From NCBI GenBank assembly GCA_048941265.1, contig JBHLNT010000077.1, forward strand, positions 1-17,565: a DNA stretch of 17,565 nucleotides. The letters run 5' to 3'. The notes beneath the pieces were generated by a model. The model was not told the origin of the DNA, did no database searches, and saw nothing but the letters and a program-made list of their open reading frames with translations. Positions 16,214-17,565 of this stretch are shown piece by piece. The translations under genes were made by a program, and so were the position numbers. Numbering within the stretch: position 1 is the stretch's first letter; every line of letters begins with the position of its first letter. The stretch comes from Promethearchaeota archaeon (lineage in GTDB: Archaea > Asgardarchaeota > Lokiarchaeia > Sigyniarchaeales > SOKP01).

Positions 16214-16435
16214 ATCGTAACTACGATGAAATAATGAGAAAAAAGATAAAATAATGAGAAAATTTCAGATAAACCCTAAAAATTTCTTCAATCCATAAAC
16301 CTTAATTATAAAAACATGAACCTACTTCTAGATATTTTATTATATAGCAAGCAACTATAAAATAGAACGTTCTAATTTTCAGTCATATTATCAGATCGGA
16401 TAATTTTTTATGATGTTGATAAAATAATGAGAAAA
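16214..16435. repeat. Three copies of an 18-bp motif GAT(A/G)AAATAATGAGAAAA plus a 14-bp palindrome downstream of pcn
   Basis: Copies lie at 16225-16242 (1 mismatch), 16245-16262 and 16418-16435 (the last two identical). The palindrome ATCGTA-AC-TACGAT at 16214-16227 overlaps copy 1. Confidence 0.8.
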
Positions 16436-16835
16436 AGTACGATTATTATGATAAATAAATAAGAAAAAGAATCTAGGCTATAAACTCATTCCTTCATATA
16501 TGGATGAGCAAATTAAATCTTTTGATCAATTATCATCTATTATAACTATATTCTAAACATAGATTTAATTTAATCAATAAGATTCCCATTGGAAATATTT
16601 TTGAAAATTTGCCGATATTATTTACCGACTATCAATCTAAAAAGCTCTGATATATTTTAATTGAATAATGAATTTTTATTTTCTTAATTAGGTTAAAATA
16701 TTTTCTTATAACTAAGATCATAGGTCTTTGTCTGTTTTGTCCAGTGAACTCAAAATATTAATTCATTATGATTGTGTAATTTTATAGTAATTAAACCTAT
16801 AATTATTTATATTTTTAAGAGCTTTATAATAAATT

Positions 16836-17565
16836 ATGTCAGAAATCTATGATTTAAGGGATTTTTATTCTATTATATTTAATTACTCAATAAGTTTAAT
16901 CTTTATAATTATTTTGTTAATAGATATTCGCTTAAGATTAAAATACGGAAAAATTCTAAATCGCGAAGTGTTTTTAAAAAATTTTCTTGAACAAAATGAA
17001 GAGATATTATGGACTGAAAGACAAAATATTAACAAACTTAAATTAAAAATTTTTTTTTCCATATTGGGAATTACGTTATTATCAATTTTAGTAATATTGG
17101 TTTTTATAATTAGTATTAATAAATGCTTTAATTCAGAAATTTTTTCAAAATCTTGGTGGAATGGGATAGTTTCTCTTGTGTATTATTCATTTATAACTTC
17201 CACTATCATAATTGTGATTTTACTGCTCCTTATCTTTAGGGACCCTTTGAGTAATAAAGTGGTTTATTATTTAAGTAATAAGAGGATGTTTTCTACCTAT
17301 ATGCGAACGAAATTTAGACATATTATGGTCTTTAATACGAAAATAATTCAATTTTATGACTTTAAAGAGAAATTAAATCCGAATTTATATAATTTTTATT
17401 TTAAAACCTCCGAGTTAAGTATTGATGAGATTGAATCGTCAATTTTGAAATTAATTGCTAAGAAAGATCAGATGTCTACAGATTCCTATGAAATAAAAAT
17501 AACTATAGATGACGGATGGAATTGGAGTGGAGAATCGAAGGAGTGTATTATTAGAATAAAAAATA
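16836..17565 (+). CDS. Hypothetical membrane protein, possibly of the membrane-flanked bacterial-type PH-domain family; 3'-truncated by the window edge
   Basis: Not in the ORF track. The frame is open from ATG 16836 to the end (243 codons): MSEIYDLRDFYSIIFNYSISLIFIIILLI...FLEQNEEILWTER...TM...TM...VVYYLSNKRMF... It has three hydrophobic segments. Confidence 0.75.
   Translation, partial: MSEIYDLRDFYSIIFNYSISLIFIIILLIDIRLRLKYGKILNREVFLKNFLEQNEEILWTERQNINKLKLKIFFSILGITLLSILVILVFIISINKCFNSEIFSKSWWNGIVSLVYYSFITSTIIIVILLLLIFRDPLSNKVVYYLSNKRMFSTYMRTKFRHIMVFNTKIIQFYDFKEKLNPNLYNFYFKTSELSIDEIESSILKLIAKKDQMSTDSYEIKITIDDGWNWSGESKECIIRIKN

Noticed and set aside
16225-16435. CRISPR array or canonical ORB origin
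   Set aside because: The repeats are only 18 bp with spacings of 2 and ~155 bp. There are no cas or orc1/cdc6 genes and no ORB G-string.

Overview
This is an AT-rich archaeal chromosomal segment. The split RpoA'/A'', eL30/eL42/eS27, archaeal NusA, TFS and PCNA make it archaeal, and the protein style suggests Asgard archaea, probably Lokiarchaeia (inference). From left to right it holds: two tandem paralogous NDP-forming acyl-CoA synthetase alpha-like (CoA-binding) genes plus a membrane/zinc-ribbon gene (minus strand); rpoA1-rpoA2-rpl30e-nusA-rps12-rps7; a 663-aa wHTH + ATP-cone + class III ribonucleotide reductase (NrdD)-like fusion; pyrB; rpl44e-rps27e; a nucleoside phosphorylase; tfs; an RPA14-like OB-fold gene; pcn; a 640-bp intergenic region with 18-bp repeats; and a partial membrane-protein gene. 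Three genes missing from the ORF track were read by hand: the left-edge paralog, rps12 and the right-edge ORF. The best candidate for an undescribed system is the wHTH/ATP-cone/NrdD fusion. It seems to lack both catalytic cysteines and the whole Zn/glycyl-radical domain, so it looks like a dead RNR reused as a (d)NTP-sensing transcription factor. Other highlights are an apparently obligatory non-canonical (ATA) start for uS12, a ~90-aa C-terminal appendage on RpoA', and a perfect 77-bp identity between otherwise diverged paralogs at the window edge. No rRNA, tRNA, CRISPR array or transposase was recognised. All family assignments come from motif recognition, not database searches.
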